DNA of 64,000 nt. Source: Bilabrum cf. latius. Its lineage: Eukaryota. The notes beneath the pieces are model-generated. The model saw nothing but the letters and a program-made list of their open reading frames with translations. It ran no database searches and was not told the DNA's origin. Position 1 is the stretch's first letter, and each line of letters begins with the position of its first letter. The stretch lies in the NCBI GenBank assembly GCA_965178125.1, contig OZ237745.1, forward strand, positions 186,001-250,000. The letters run 5' to 3'. Position numbers and translations under genes: made by a program. Shown here one piece after another: positions 45,801 to 56,900 of this stretch.

Positions 45801-48503
45801 CCTCTCAATGGCCTTCTGGACGATGAGGTCACGGCCCTCCACGGCCCCCCATGCCACACACGTAGCACGCAGCTTGCTGATACTTGAGAAAAACCGCACC
45901 TTTTCTCCCTGGCGCAAGGGAAACAGCGGCTTGACGCACCAGAGCCCAGCCATGCACTGCTCATGGCCCATCGTCTCGCCGGCAGCGCCGCCCAGGCCAG
46001 CGCGGACCCTCTTTGCGTGCTTCTCGAAGCGGTTCCAGTCCCTGGAGGTATATTCTAGGCCTTTGGTGGCATTGAAACGCTGCGATGGGCGGGGTTCGTA
46101 CGCATCCGGCAGAGCGGGTCTGGACGGAATCGAAGCTTCTGCGACGCTACTCGGATCTGTCTTGTCAGGCTCCGCTGGGCGTTTCTCAGACTTGCGCTTT
46201 TTCTTCTTTTCAGACTTGCTTTCCCTCTTCTTGTCCTTGCCTGTTTTGACCGACTTTCTCTTCTTGTCGCCTTTGCTGCCTTCGCTCTTGTCCTTATCCT
46301 TGTCCTTCTTGGCGCTCTTTGACTTCTTTGAAGAGCTCTTTCTTCTGCTCTTGTCCTCGTCATCCGGGTCACCGCCACCTTTTCCTCCATCTTTGGATCC
46401 TCGTTTGGCCTTCTTAGACTTCTTTGATTTCTTAGACTTTGATGCCTCAAGCACGTCGCCATCGCCGTCGCCGTCCTGGCCACTGGCCGGTCCTGCACTA
46501 GGCGTATGGTCGCCGTCGGGTCCATCTGTCCCCGGCTCGTCATTTCCGGCAACTGCATCCATCGCAGCGGCCAGCGGGGCCAGTGCATCCCCAGAGTCTT
46601 CGTTTAGCTCCCCAATGGGATCCAAAGAACCGCGGTGCGGTCTGGGCGGATCTAGCCCTTCCATCTCGAGGCTGTGGCTGCTAACCGAAACTGTACTCAT
46701 GCGGTGCATTGCCGAGCGATCTTTCTGCACGTCGTTTTCCCTCTCCACCTCTTTCTCGCGCTCATCCTCTTCATCTTCCTGCGCCGCGGCAGACACGGTC
46801 CACTGGCTCCTGCGCAGCAGGAAAGTGGTTGGCATGAAGTGAAAGGCAGACGCAAGATGCACCCCCATGCACTCTGCAGACCGCACGGATGCCAGAGGAC
46901 CTTGGTCGCTCTCGCGAAGGCCGTCAGGGTGAAACGTGTTGTGCAAGGCGCGTACCAGCCTGTCAGTCCGCGTGGCCTGCATCGCCGCAGACTCGGGCGG
47001 GGCAGAGCCCACGACCACCAGTGGCGGTGCATCTGGTCTGGGGCCCTCCTCGCTCCACCCGTGTTGTGTGGCACCTGATACGCTCGCAGAAGCGGGGTGC
47101 CAGCCGCCTAGCCGGGCTCGAAGTGACCTGCTTGCAAACATCTCGCTAGGAATAGAGTGGCCAGCACCCGCTGCAGACCCGGACTCTTGCGGTCCGTCCG
47201 AAGCGGCAGAAGCACCCCTTGCCGATGACCCACCAATCGTGCCTCTCTCGACACCGCGACAACCACTGTTATTCAGGCTACCCCACGGCAACGTCCCAGC
47301 GCACGCCCCTACCACGCGCCCACACGCAGCTGCCTGCCTTCTCTCTGCCCTTCCAACTGCTGCACCCTCGTCCTCTGTCCACGGCCGCATGCCCGCCAGT
47401 TGCCCCCTAGCTGCTCGCCGGGCTTCCTTGAGCTGGAGCTTGCCCGCTGCCATAAAGGTCCTGCGCGGCTGCCCCCTCCACCACCGTAGGGGCGGGGGCA
47501 CAGCGTACAGAAGTGAGATGGGCCCGAGAGCGGGTGCCAGCACACCTGCTGGTGCTACTCGCTTTCCAGCGGCGACCCGCGCCAGTTCTCGGTCGAAAGC
47601 CGACAAATCGCCCTAACGTGCCACTGGCAGCTGATCGCTTTCCCTGCTGAGCAGCATGGACGGAGGAAACTGCATGCTGGCGCGACCTCCGGTGCTATCC
47701 CGAGTGGTGCCACCAGACCCGGCGCCTGAGCTAGGCTAGGCTTCCGCGGCTACGCTCGAAATGCCTGTCTACCCTTGGTCCGGCTACTTGTATCCAGATT
47801 GAACCATAAGCCGCCCTTCTGCGGCAACAAACCATGGCCTCCCCTTGCACAACAGCGTCAGTACATCACACGGCTCCGGCCCGCTGCCAGCTGGCTCATC
47901 CTGCGCCTTTGAACTAGACCGACCAGCTGCACTGGATCCATGCAATACTAAACTGCCCCCAATGGGACCACTATAGGAGAGACTGTCCTGTTCAATGTCT
48001 TCTACAACGACGACATGTCTATTCTATCGTCGCCGTGAGGGGTCTTGATCTCGAATTTCAACCACTAGAGCTGAATGCACCAAGCTCGAATTATAACTAA
48101 CAGGAGCTGTCGTCAATCCCAAGTTGGATACATTCTGGCCCGATATGGAGAGGGCAAAACATGTGCTGCGGACCTCGGCGTGGGACCCTTCTTGATCTAC
48201 TGAATGGTCGCAGGCTTCTTCAGGCACCGCCTTGGTGTCTACAAGAGCACTAGATTGGTCCAATCTGCCTCTTTCTGATTCCATTGAAGCTTCCGTGGAA
48301 GTCTGTGTCGCTTGCTCGAGACTATCCAAGGTCGCGTATTCAGACGCAGCAGCAGACTCATCAACGACGTCCGCATCCGAACTAACAGATGAATCGGCCT
48401 CGTCAAGATTTCTACCCAACGTGTCATCACCTCCTTCACTCTGCTCCTCGATGGTTCCAAGCCCAAGTGGCTGCGATCCTTCGTCTGCCGCTCTCGTCGC
48501 CAT
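39900..48503 (-). CDS. Giant protein with a dispersed, degenerate tubulin-tyrosine-ligase (TTL/TTLL) ATP-grasp domain, ~2867 aa
   Basis: Single frame from ATG 48503 to TGA 39902-39900 with ~28 TAG. TTL-like motifs in order: HFMPTTFLL, LWCVKP...RQGEKVRFF, LIVQKAIERPLSLLNRKIDFKLRVAV, VSLLEFTFVFEETGRPWLVGVT. Confidence 0.75.
40261..40352 (-). repeat. three imperfect 30-bp coding repeats
   Basis: Encodes DSWQVGKVDM / DP[TAG]QVGKVDP / DSWQMGKVDL. Confidence 0.85.
41242..41368 (-). repeat. 63-bp coding tandem duplication
   Basis: Two near-identical copies encoding RLRAGSDADS(A/V)KPKESG(A/V)SQA. Confidence 0.9.
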
Positions 48504-48739
48504 GATTCTGCTAAGTCTTGCCTTGCTGGTGGTGATCCTGCCAAGAGGTTCGACAGCAGTGAGTAATACGTATTGGGATGGCCTCTGCTGAATGTTTGAC
48601 TGACAAGAAGCACGATAGGAGAATCTGCTTGTGGGTCAATGGTGGAGGCGCGGCGCCGCGCAATCCTTCGCTGTGTGTGGTTTGGCTGTGGTCGCAAAGG
48701 CATGCACAGTCGCAGAAATAGCCAACCCTGGGGAAAATA

Positions 48740-51700
48740 TTAGCGATTCCCTTTAGAGGCAGCAGCAACTCCATCGAACGCAGCCTCAAGCACGGCCGAT
48801 TCGGCCTATCTTCCACTAGTGCTAAGTCCAGCCCGGGCGATGAGCCGTGCAGCCTCTACACCCCCGTGCGCGCGCAGCAGAGCGTCAAACTCCGACATGC
48901 CACTCGCAGCGTGAGCCAGTGGCGCGATTATGGCCGATGCTTTTTCACTGCGGGGTACGCTCGCCCACCTCAGCGCCTGCCTTGCCCCGCTGTGCCCGTG
49001 TAGCCGCATGGCAGCCGCGAAGGTGGGCGTGCATGCAGGCGGCGCCATCAAACCTGCCGTGCCACTTGCCCGCTCTGCCGCCTTGGCAGCCGGCATGGGA
49101 GGGATTCCGATTGCTTGGTCCATGATTCCTTCGGGGCGGAGACCACCGGCAGATGACTTGCCCCCCTTACCCCGAACACGTCCTCGTCCTCGCCCCAAGC
49201 CTCGCTTCTGGCCCAGCAGCTCCTCGTCCTCGTCCTCGTCATCGTCCTTGTCTTCGTTTTCGTCTTGCTCCGAGCCGGATTCCGACTCCGAATCCGAGCT
49301 CGAGCTCGAGTCACCGTCGTCGATAGAGCCATCCGCACCCTTCCGCTTGCTGTGGCCCTTGCCAACGCCCTTGCCCGTGCCCTTGCTCCCTTGCTTTGAG
49401 CTACCATCGACATCCGCACCGCTAGCCCCCCCATGCCCATCAGCAGGACCGGCAGACATGCCTGCCATGATTCCATCTAGCGCGAGGCTCTGCTCCAGCT
49501 GGCCATCCTCGCCATCATCGCTGAGCCCCCCTCCATCACCCTCCCCGCCCGTGCCTTCAGGCGCAGGCAGACCCTTCCTCCGCCTCGTCTGCCTGCGCCT
49601 GGAGCGACGGTACGGATTCCCGAACAGCACGGCGCCGGCCTGGCCCCCACCTTCTTCCTGCAGCGTGGGTCGCGGATCCCGCAGAAGCCCTGGGCCGCTA
49701 GCCAGGGCTAAGAAGTCACCCATGAGAGCCGCGGGACGGTGGAACGCATCGTCATCGCCCCTTGTCACTGCGGAGGAGGCAGAGCTCCACACGGAGCCAG
49801 CATCCGACATCGAGTCGGCAGCGGCAGTCTGCTCCCCTTCCGCTAGCCCCCCCGTCCCCGTGCCGGTGCCATCCACGTCGTCGTGAGGGTGCAGCTCCAG
49901 GGGCGGCTCAACGGATATGTCGACGGACCCCCCGCGCACTCGCCTGTCGGCCGCCAAGTCACTCACGAAGCTCGGCGCCTCGCTCAGCACGCTCTCAAGG
50001 TCGTCTACTTCCAGGGCACTGTCTGTAACGCTCCTGCTTGCACTGGCCAGAGCTACTGCGCTGGCACTGCTGGCATCGTCGGGATCTGTTGCTGTTGCTT
50101 GCGCGTCAATGTCGTCTACCGTAGCGAACGCATGGGCAGCTGTGTCCTTGGCCTCGCCGCCACCGCTCTCCTGTGGCTCCAGCGGCCGCAGTTGACCCGT
50201 GGTGGCAGCAGGACCAGAGCCTGCCTTCGCTCGCATCCTCTGAAGGGCTGTTTCTCGCGTGTGCTCCTCCTCAATGGCCCTCTTGCGCTCGTTGCTCAAC
50301 CCAACAACCAGCCTAAGGCGGTCCAGCACCAGTTTCGGGACGTACTTGGGCCCGGCCTCCTGAACCTGCCTCGTCATGCGCTGCAGGGCGTACCTCTTTA
50401 GCCCGTGACCCAGCGGCGTCATGTGCTCCGATGGCAACGATCTTACATACCTGCGGAACCGCTCCTGCCACCCGGGCAGTCTCGAGACAGCAGAGCGGAG
50501 ATGCCGCATCCCTCCACCCGGCCTCGCGAGCTCCTTCCTGCTCGAGGTGGTCTCGTATTCCTGTCGAATGGACGGATCGTCTTCCGTGGCACGATACAGC
50601 TCCAACACCAATCGGAATGCAGTGCGATAGTCGGCAGGCAAGAGCACCAGCACGCACGAGGCTTTGCGACCGGCGGGGTTGGACGCAGACGCCGACGAAG
50701 CAGCGCCACCGCCTAATCCATAGCCAACCACGCCGATCTAGGCAGACTCATGCGCCGCACTCACGCCGGCGTGCTGTCCTCTGAGTCTGAACTCGATCGA
50801 TGGGTCCGTGCTCATGCACATGAAGCCCACGGGGCCCACCAGGCGAGATCCCTTGGGCACCTAGCCGACAGGTGCTATGAATTTGTTCCCTGGCGTAGAA
50901 GCACCGTGAGATCCAGCTCCAGCTGCAGACCCGGACCCAAGTCCCTCGCTAGCAGAGCCAGGCTCCTCCTGTGGCGCTCCAGCGCCGCTGTATTCGTTGG
51001 ATGCAGCTGGCTTGACCATGGATCCCAGCTCATGCGGCGTCCTCGCTTTCCTCACGAACACCGGCCAGACAAGTGACTGTTGCACGCCCTCGTTCTGCTC
51101 GGCCCTCCTGCTGGCTTGCTCATAGAGCGCCTCGGTCAGCGGGCACCGACCGATGTCGTAGACATCGCAAGGGAAGCCGCAGTCTCGCAGGGCGGTGATA
51201 GCTGTCTCAGGGTGGTGTGCCTGCCTCTAAGGATCGACCACCAACTAAGGCCGGGCCAGCCTAGGGGGCAGTGGTACCTGAGGAACCCACGTGAGTGATT
51301 TGCTGGCTGTTTTAGAGCCCCCGCCCGCCTGATGACCTCCCACGGATCCTACCGCTTGCAGCAGAGGAGGCACGTCTTGCTTAAACACAGAGGTGTGCTG
51401 CAGCTTGCGAGGCTCGTAAGACTCGGGAAGCGGCCACCACGCCTGGCCGCTGCTGCTGTCGAGCCATTTGTTCCCTGACGGTGACCCACCGAACATAGAC
51501 CTCTGCGTGCCCGTTCCCTTGGGGAACAAGGGCACGGCCTGCGACCTGGCGGCCTGGGACAGCAATGCACTGCCTGCCGCGGCTCGCCACTCGGTTGAGT
51601 TGGGCGCGTGCTGTTCCCTGGACCCGGGGCCTCCTGCGTGCGATGACGACGTGCTGCCGCCGTATTTTTCGCCCGCCTGCCGTGGCACCGCCTTGGCCAC

Positions 51701-53272
51701 GGCAAAGTCCACGAGGACACCAACACGCCTCGCTTCCTGCTCAGCACTGGCGGCTCCAATTGGCCGCAGTGGCGGCAAGCCGGGGAGCTGACCTGGTCTA
51801 TAGACGGTATCTCGGTCATATCCGTCACGTCCGGCACCTAATTCAGCACGGTCTTCTATTTGCATCGGTTCAGCGGCGTAGAGCGACCTATCGTGCAGCG
51901 CCGATGCTGCATCGGCTCCTGCGCATGCAAGCAGCCTTCTCATGCGGATGAGGTCCTGCGCGGCAGTGAGTCCTCCCGCATGGGACGACATGATGGGTGG
52001 TTTGCCTGACACGCATGAGGGCACGAACCGCACATGGCCTCCCGTGGCAGCGCACAGATGCGCCCAGTCTGTCCAGTCGCGCCGTGCCTTCCGCCTGCGG
52101 GCCTCTTTACCAGCATCACGGTCAGCATCTGACGCGTCCGCACGCGCAGAGCAAGCTTGCTGTTCGTCGCCGAGCAGTTGCTCCACCAGGTCGGTCGCAA
52201 CGAGGCACAGACGGTGCCTCGGTCCTGGCAGGTAGGCGCACAGCTCGATCCCTGGAGACTCCGGCGGGTCCGATGCCAACGAGGTGGCGAGTGCGAGGGG
52301 AAGCCTGCTGCCGCCTGCAAGACGCGATGAGTGACCGTGATGCGAAGATGACGAGTGCGAGGAGCCGCTTCCTTCGGTTCCGCTGCTGTCTCCGCGCGCG
52401 GCGCCGTCAGACCCGGACCCGTCCATGGGCGCCTGTCCTTTCGCTTTGGCGAAGGAACGGCTTCGCGCATCTGCAGGGCCTCGATGATCGCTGCCGTCTC
52501 GCATGCAGCCCAACAGAGCGAGAGCGGCAGCATGCTTTGCTCTCCTTGACGGAACAAAGCCGCTGCGTTGAATGCGCCCGTCTGTCACTTCAGTGGTAGA
52601 TTTTTCGTGTAACAATACATGCAGCATGGACTGGGTGTGCCAGCTTGATGTCAGGGGTGGGGGCGGAGCGACAGCCGCAGGCTTTCCGGCGGTGAACGCC
52701 AGCACCAGTCCAGGGCGATAGAAGCGCATGTCGTATCCGCGACCGGCCAGGTCTGCAGACGACAGAGCATTCAGCTGCATAGAGGAGATATTGTATCAAT
52801 GAAACTAGTTGGTGCTGGGATGCTTGGCGTCTAGCTAGCTATTTGAGAACCCAGACCGAATGCGTAGTCTTCTTACGCTGTTGAGTTCGAGAAAAGCCAT
52901 CCGGACCGCCTCCAGCAGGCCACAAGCACAATACTTTGTCTGCACCCCGCTGAATGCCTCGATCATGCGGATTGAGGTCGCTACAGCTGCATTGCTGTCC
53001 ATGGCTGCATGCCTGACAAGGGGAGACCTCATCGCGACACCGCTTGCCAGCGTGGATGAAAACTGCTGTCTTCCACTAGGGTGAGTCGTTATAATTATGG
53101 TTTTAATCGGATCTTCAGCCGCATCTTGCTGTACTCGCTTCCGCTAGTATTGCTGCAACCTACCCGCGATGGCATCCTCTGCAGCTCCTTTCAACAAATC
53201 TAGAACGCGCGTGCCGGACGGAAGCTGCCGCTAACTCGTCGGACCGTTATCAATTACAATTGCAACGTCCAT
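48740..53272 (-). CDS. INTS6: Integrator complex subunit 6 (INTS6/DDX26)-like VWA protein, ~1476 aa
   Basis: Exons 53272-52877 and 52774-48740; 7 TAG; ends TAA at 48742-48740. Motifs colinear with INTS6: IVIDNGPTS..GTRVLDLLKGAAE, AVRMAFLELN, DLAGRGYDMRFYRPGLVLAFTAG, LCAATGG, WWPLPESY, PCDVYDIGRCPLT, LVLLPADY, WQERFRRYVRSLP, FGNPYR. Confidence 0.85.
52775..52876 (-). other. spliceosomal intron (102 nt, phase 0)
   Basis: GTAAGA...ATGCAG. Removes an in-frame TGA and restores INTS6 motif spacing. Confidence 0.85.
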
Positions 53273-53918
53273 TTCGGGATTGACGCTGCCACAAATGCCC
53301 CCTGCACGTGACGTGCATGTGTGATGAGTGCGAATGGGCGCACAAAAAGTTGTTGTGCCAAGACAAGCCCAACCCCTGCACTTGCCTGCAGCGCTTCCGA
53401 CCCGGCGAGAAGCAACCTTGGTGTACCACCTTTGGCCCCGCCGTAGGCAAGCTCGGAGGCACACTTCGCGAAGAGCACGCCATGCGCACCCGCTGGCCTG
53501 GCATTGCTCCCTGCAAACGGCCTGGTCGTGCCAAAGCAGGAGCATGTGAAGGTGCAAGCAGTTCTGATGAGGCAATGATTGGTGAGCACAGGGATGTGTG
53601 CGCGGCGTCATGTGGAGGCTAGGCCAGGCCAGGGGCCGAGAGCAACTTCAACTTGAAGCCTGAGGCACACTGGCAGTGGCACTGCTTTGTGTCACGCCGC
53701 GACTTGCTAGTGGGCCGGTCGCATCCCGCCCTTGTGGCCAGCATTGGCATCGCACACATACATATTGTCGGACGGGCGCTAGCTGACGGTAAAACACAAC
53801 CATCATGATCGCCTCCACTGCCAGGAATTCCCGAGACTGCCAAAGCTGGTGACGAGTGTGCGGCGGAATTACCAACCCAAGCAACCACAGCGCTGGCAAG
53901 CTAGCCTCACTTATTCTC

Positions 53919-56900
53919 ATGATGAATCGACGCTACAGGGGAACCAACGTAGCAAAAGCGAAGAATTCTATCTGTGAGAAGACACTTAGCTTGGAAGAGG
54001 TGCTGTTCCCTTGTTTTGGGCTTCACAATCCATGCGGTGCCCGTGATTCGGTGAAGCGCCATTTCACGTTTTACCAAACTTCATTAGCTTAATTCACCGC
54101 AGTGGTTGCCGCCGCTACTGCACTAGTATGTTTTACTTCAGTGGAAGCATCAACTTCGTCCCGCCAGCCATTAAGGCGCAGTACATCCAGGCCTGGGCTG
54201 GGAGTTGCACTCGAGGTTTCACAGCTAAGCAGCATTCCGGCAAGCGTCTCCATGCGTAGATCGATCGCCACTCAATCAGGAGTGTTTTTATTTGCTGATA
54301 CGTAGGACGGATACGGGATGGTACCTCGCTTCTAGACGCACGAGGACTTCAGTAGCAACGTGACTGCCCTACCACCACCCGTGGATTCGGGCGTGGCCGA
54401 CCAGGTTTCGCAAGCTGACGCAGACACAGCTGCCATCAACCCAAGCAGGTCGGCTATTGTATTTGCATCAGATTTGGCAGGTGGTGGCCGCAGCTGGATG
54501 CTGTTTAACGATACGACAGGCGGAATTTCAAGCCTCGCCGACGGCCCAGTCTAGTTTCCCGGACAGGGTACCGCCGCGCCGATCCGGATCACGAGCCTGT
54601 CAGAGAAGTCGAGCTGGCTCGGAGATGCCGCAGCTTGTGTCGTGGCGACTGTTGAGTTTGCGTCCAACGGGACAGAGATTGGAACGGTCGTGCTGTGCCA
54701 CGACGCGTAGCGGCCCGTCGGTTCACGAACCTTCGTCGTCGATGGGTCCAGCAACTCTCTCTCGAGCCGCCCCGTGGCTGCCGTGAATGGCTCTGTGGGC
54801 TGCATCTACGCCACCTCCGATGCAGCTCATGGCCATGAACCCCACTGCTTCGACATTGAGGATCACCAGCCTACAGCCCGGATGCTTGCGGATGTGAACC
54901 CAGGGCCGCAGGGAAGCCACGCGTCTTTCACCCATGCAAGGCGTGCCCTTGAGTCTTGTGGTGGCTGGGTCTGTGACTACTTTGCAGTTGGCGAGCAGTG
55001 GCGCGTAGGCTGCGTGCGCTATGGGGACGGTGCCGTGCAGCTGTCAAACTCGGAGTTCCAGTTAGAGCTAAACGACTACAACCCGTTCTGCGTATCACCT
55101 ACAGAGGAGAAGTACATGTACACAACCCACCGTAAGAGCGTACCGCAGGTGATGCACCTGGGCAGCGGCAGTGAGTCCTCTCTCCAAGTCCGAACGAGCG
55201 GCGGGCAGCTCATCCAAGAGAGCAGCATCAGCAACGGCCTCATCCGGGCCAAGGACCCTGTCAGCCGGATCGTGATTGGGTACTACATTTACTCGGGCCA
55301 GTCCTGCAATTACATCTGGGATGCGTCAGCTAGCTTGGAGGCCAGCTGCTACAGAAGCCCACCGACGTCTCTTATGAGCCAGCTGGTGCCTGTGTCTGCC
55401 ACCAAGATCATCGCCTTTGATCGCAGCGGCCTCAACTTCAACCCTGTCATCGTGGAAAGGAGTGCAACAGGAGCGGCGCTGCACACCACGAGGCTTACGA
55501 CCCCGGACGTTGGGGAGTTCTTCAATGAGGTGGTTCATCTTCCTGGCAGCGGCAAGGGTGGCGAGACCGCGCTGATCTTGCTATTCACGTCGGGCTCTGA
55601 AACGAAAATGTGGTTCTGGGACGGGGGCAGTGACTCAGCCATTGAGCGCTTAGACGTCGACACGCCGCTTGGTGAAGGGGCCAGCCATGTGATCGCAGCG
55701 AGCCTTTCAGCGAAGAGCGGGCCCGGTAGCATAGTGCTGCCTCTGTCCAGCTCGACTGGGACAGTGGGTCTTGGGCAGGTAAGGCTTCCCGACTTCAGCA
55801 ACAGCAGCAGCAGCAGCAGCAGCGATGGTAGTACCTCTGGGGTGAGCATCCACATCAAGACTGCATCGGAAGCAACACAGACAGTGATCAGCTGGTAGGA
55901 CACCACGTGGCATGAGGTCGAAGCGACCGGGTTGATGTGTGCGATCAACCTCGGCATGCAATAGCTTGCTGGACCCTTCGCGTGCTACAACAGATCGTCC
56001 GCGCTTCCCATGGACATCGATAGTCTGCCCCTGCACCCGAACGAGACTAGCCGTCCAGCCTACGAGTACAACTCGAGAACCTCCGGTTTGGCAGAAAAAG
56101 CCGTGCACGTCCTGAATGGCGGTATCGTGTTCCACGACTACGACGAAGTTGTTCTTAGGTATTTTGACGGTTCGTATCGTCCTAGAGCTACCGACCTGTC
56201 GGTTTCCATTCGATCGGACCGCCCGTTTGCCGCGGTCGGAGGCAGGAGGCTCTTCATGCAGACCTAGAGCGTGCGCACGGACGGGATCGGGAGGGAGCCG
56301 TACGAGTTCAATCTAGATACTGGGGTGATGCGGCTGGACGAGATTTAGGAGGGTTGGAGGCCGTCGTAGCCGAGAGTTATCGGTGTTATGCGAAAGAGGC
56401 ACGTAATTTTTGACGCCATATGGAACGACCACTACTACCTGTACTCATGGGATCTGTCAGTGCCCAGTGCTCCCGTGCGTAGGCTGCTTGATGACGAGTT
56501 TGGCATCGGACCCGCTGCTGTGAACTCGTGGGATCAGGGCGGCTTGAACGAGCTGATCTTCTCTGATACCGTGATGCGCCGGTGGAGGCTAGGCGAGCCG
56601 ACCAACTTCTTCCACCTGGAAGAGACGGCCGCGGGAGAAGTGCGCATCCAGCGCCGGTCCAACTTCACCTCGGAGCTGGACGCGCCCCTGACCGCGGACC
56701 ACTTGTGTTCCAGAGCGCAGGAAAGCGTATTTGCGGTTCGAAATGGCTCTTCCATGCTTGTGCGGGTCGTTGACGGAGGTTTTCGAACGAAGAGCACCGT
56801 GCAAGTACCTTGGCCAGAGAAGGTGTCGCACATTGAGAGCGTGCAGGAGTTGCACACCGGCCGCGGCTCGCTCGAGATTCTGGTGGTGCTGTCCTCGGTA

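Noticed and set aside
54090-54092. In-frame TAA upstream of the adhesin frame as evidence for UAA readthrough
   Set aside because: It falls inside a phase-compatible GTGAG...CGCAG intron whose removal yields a good signal peptide.
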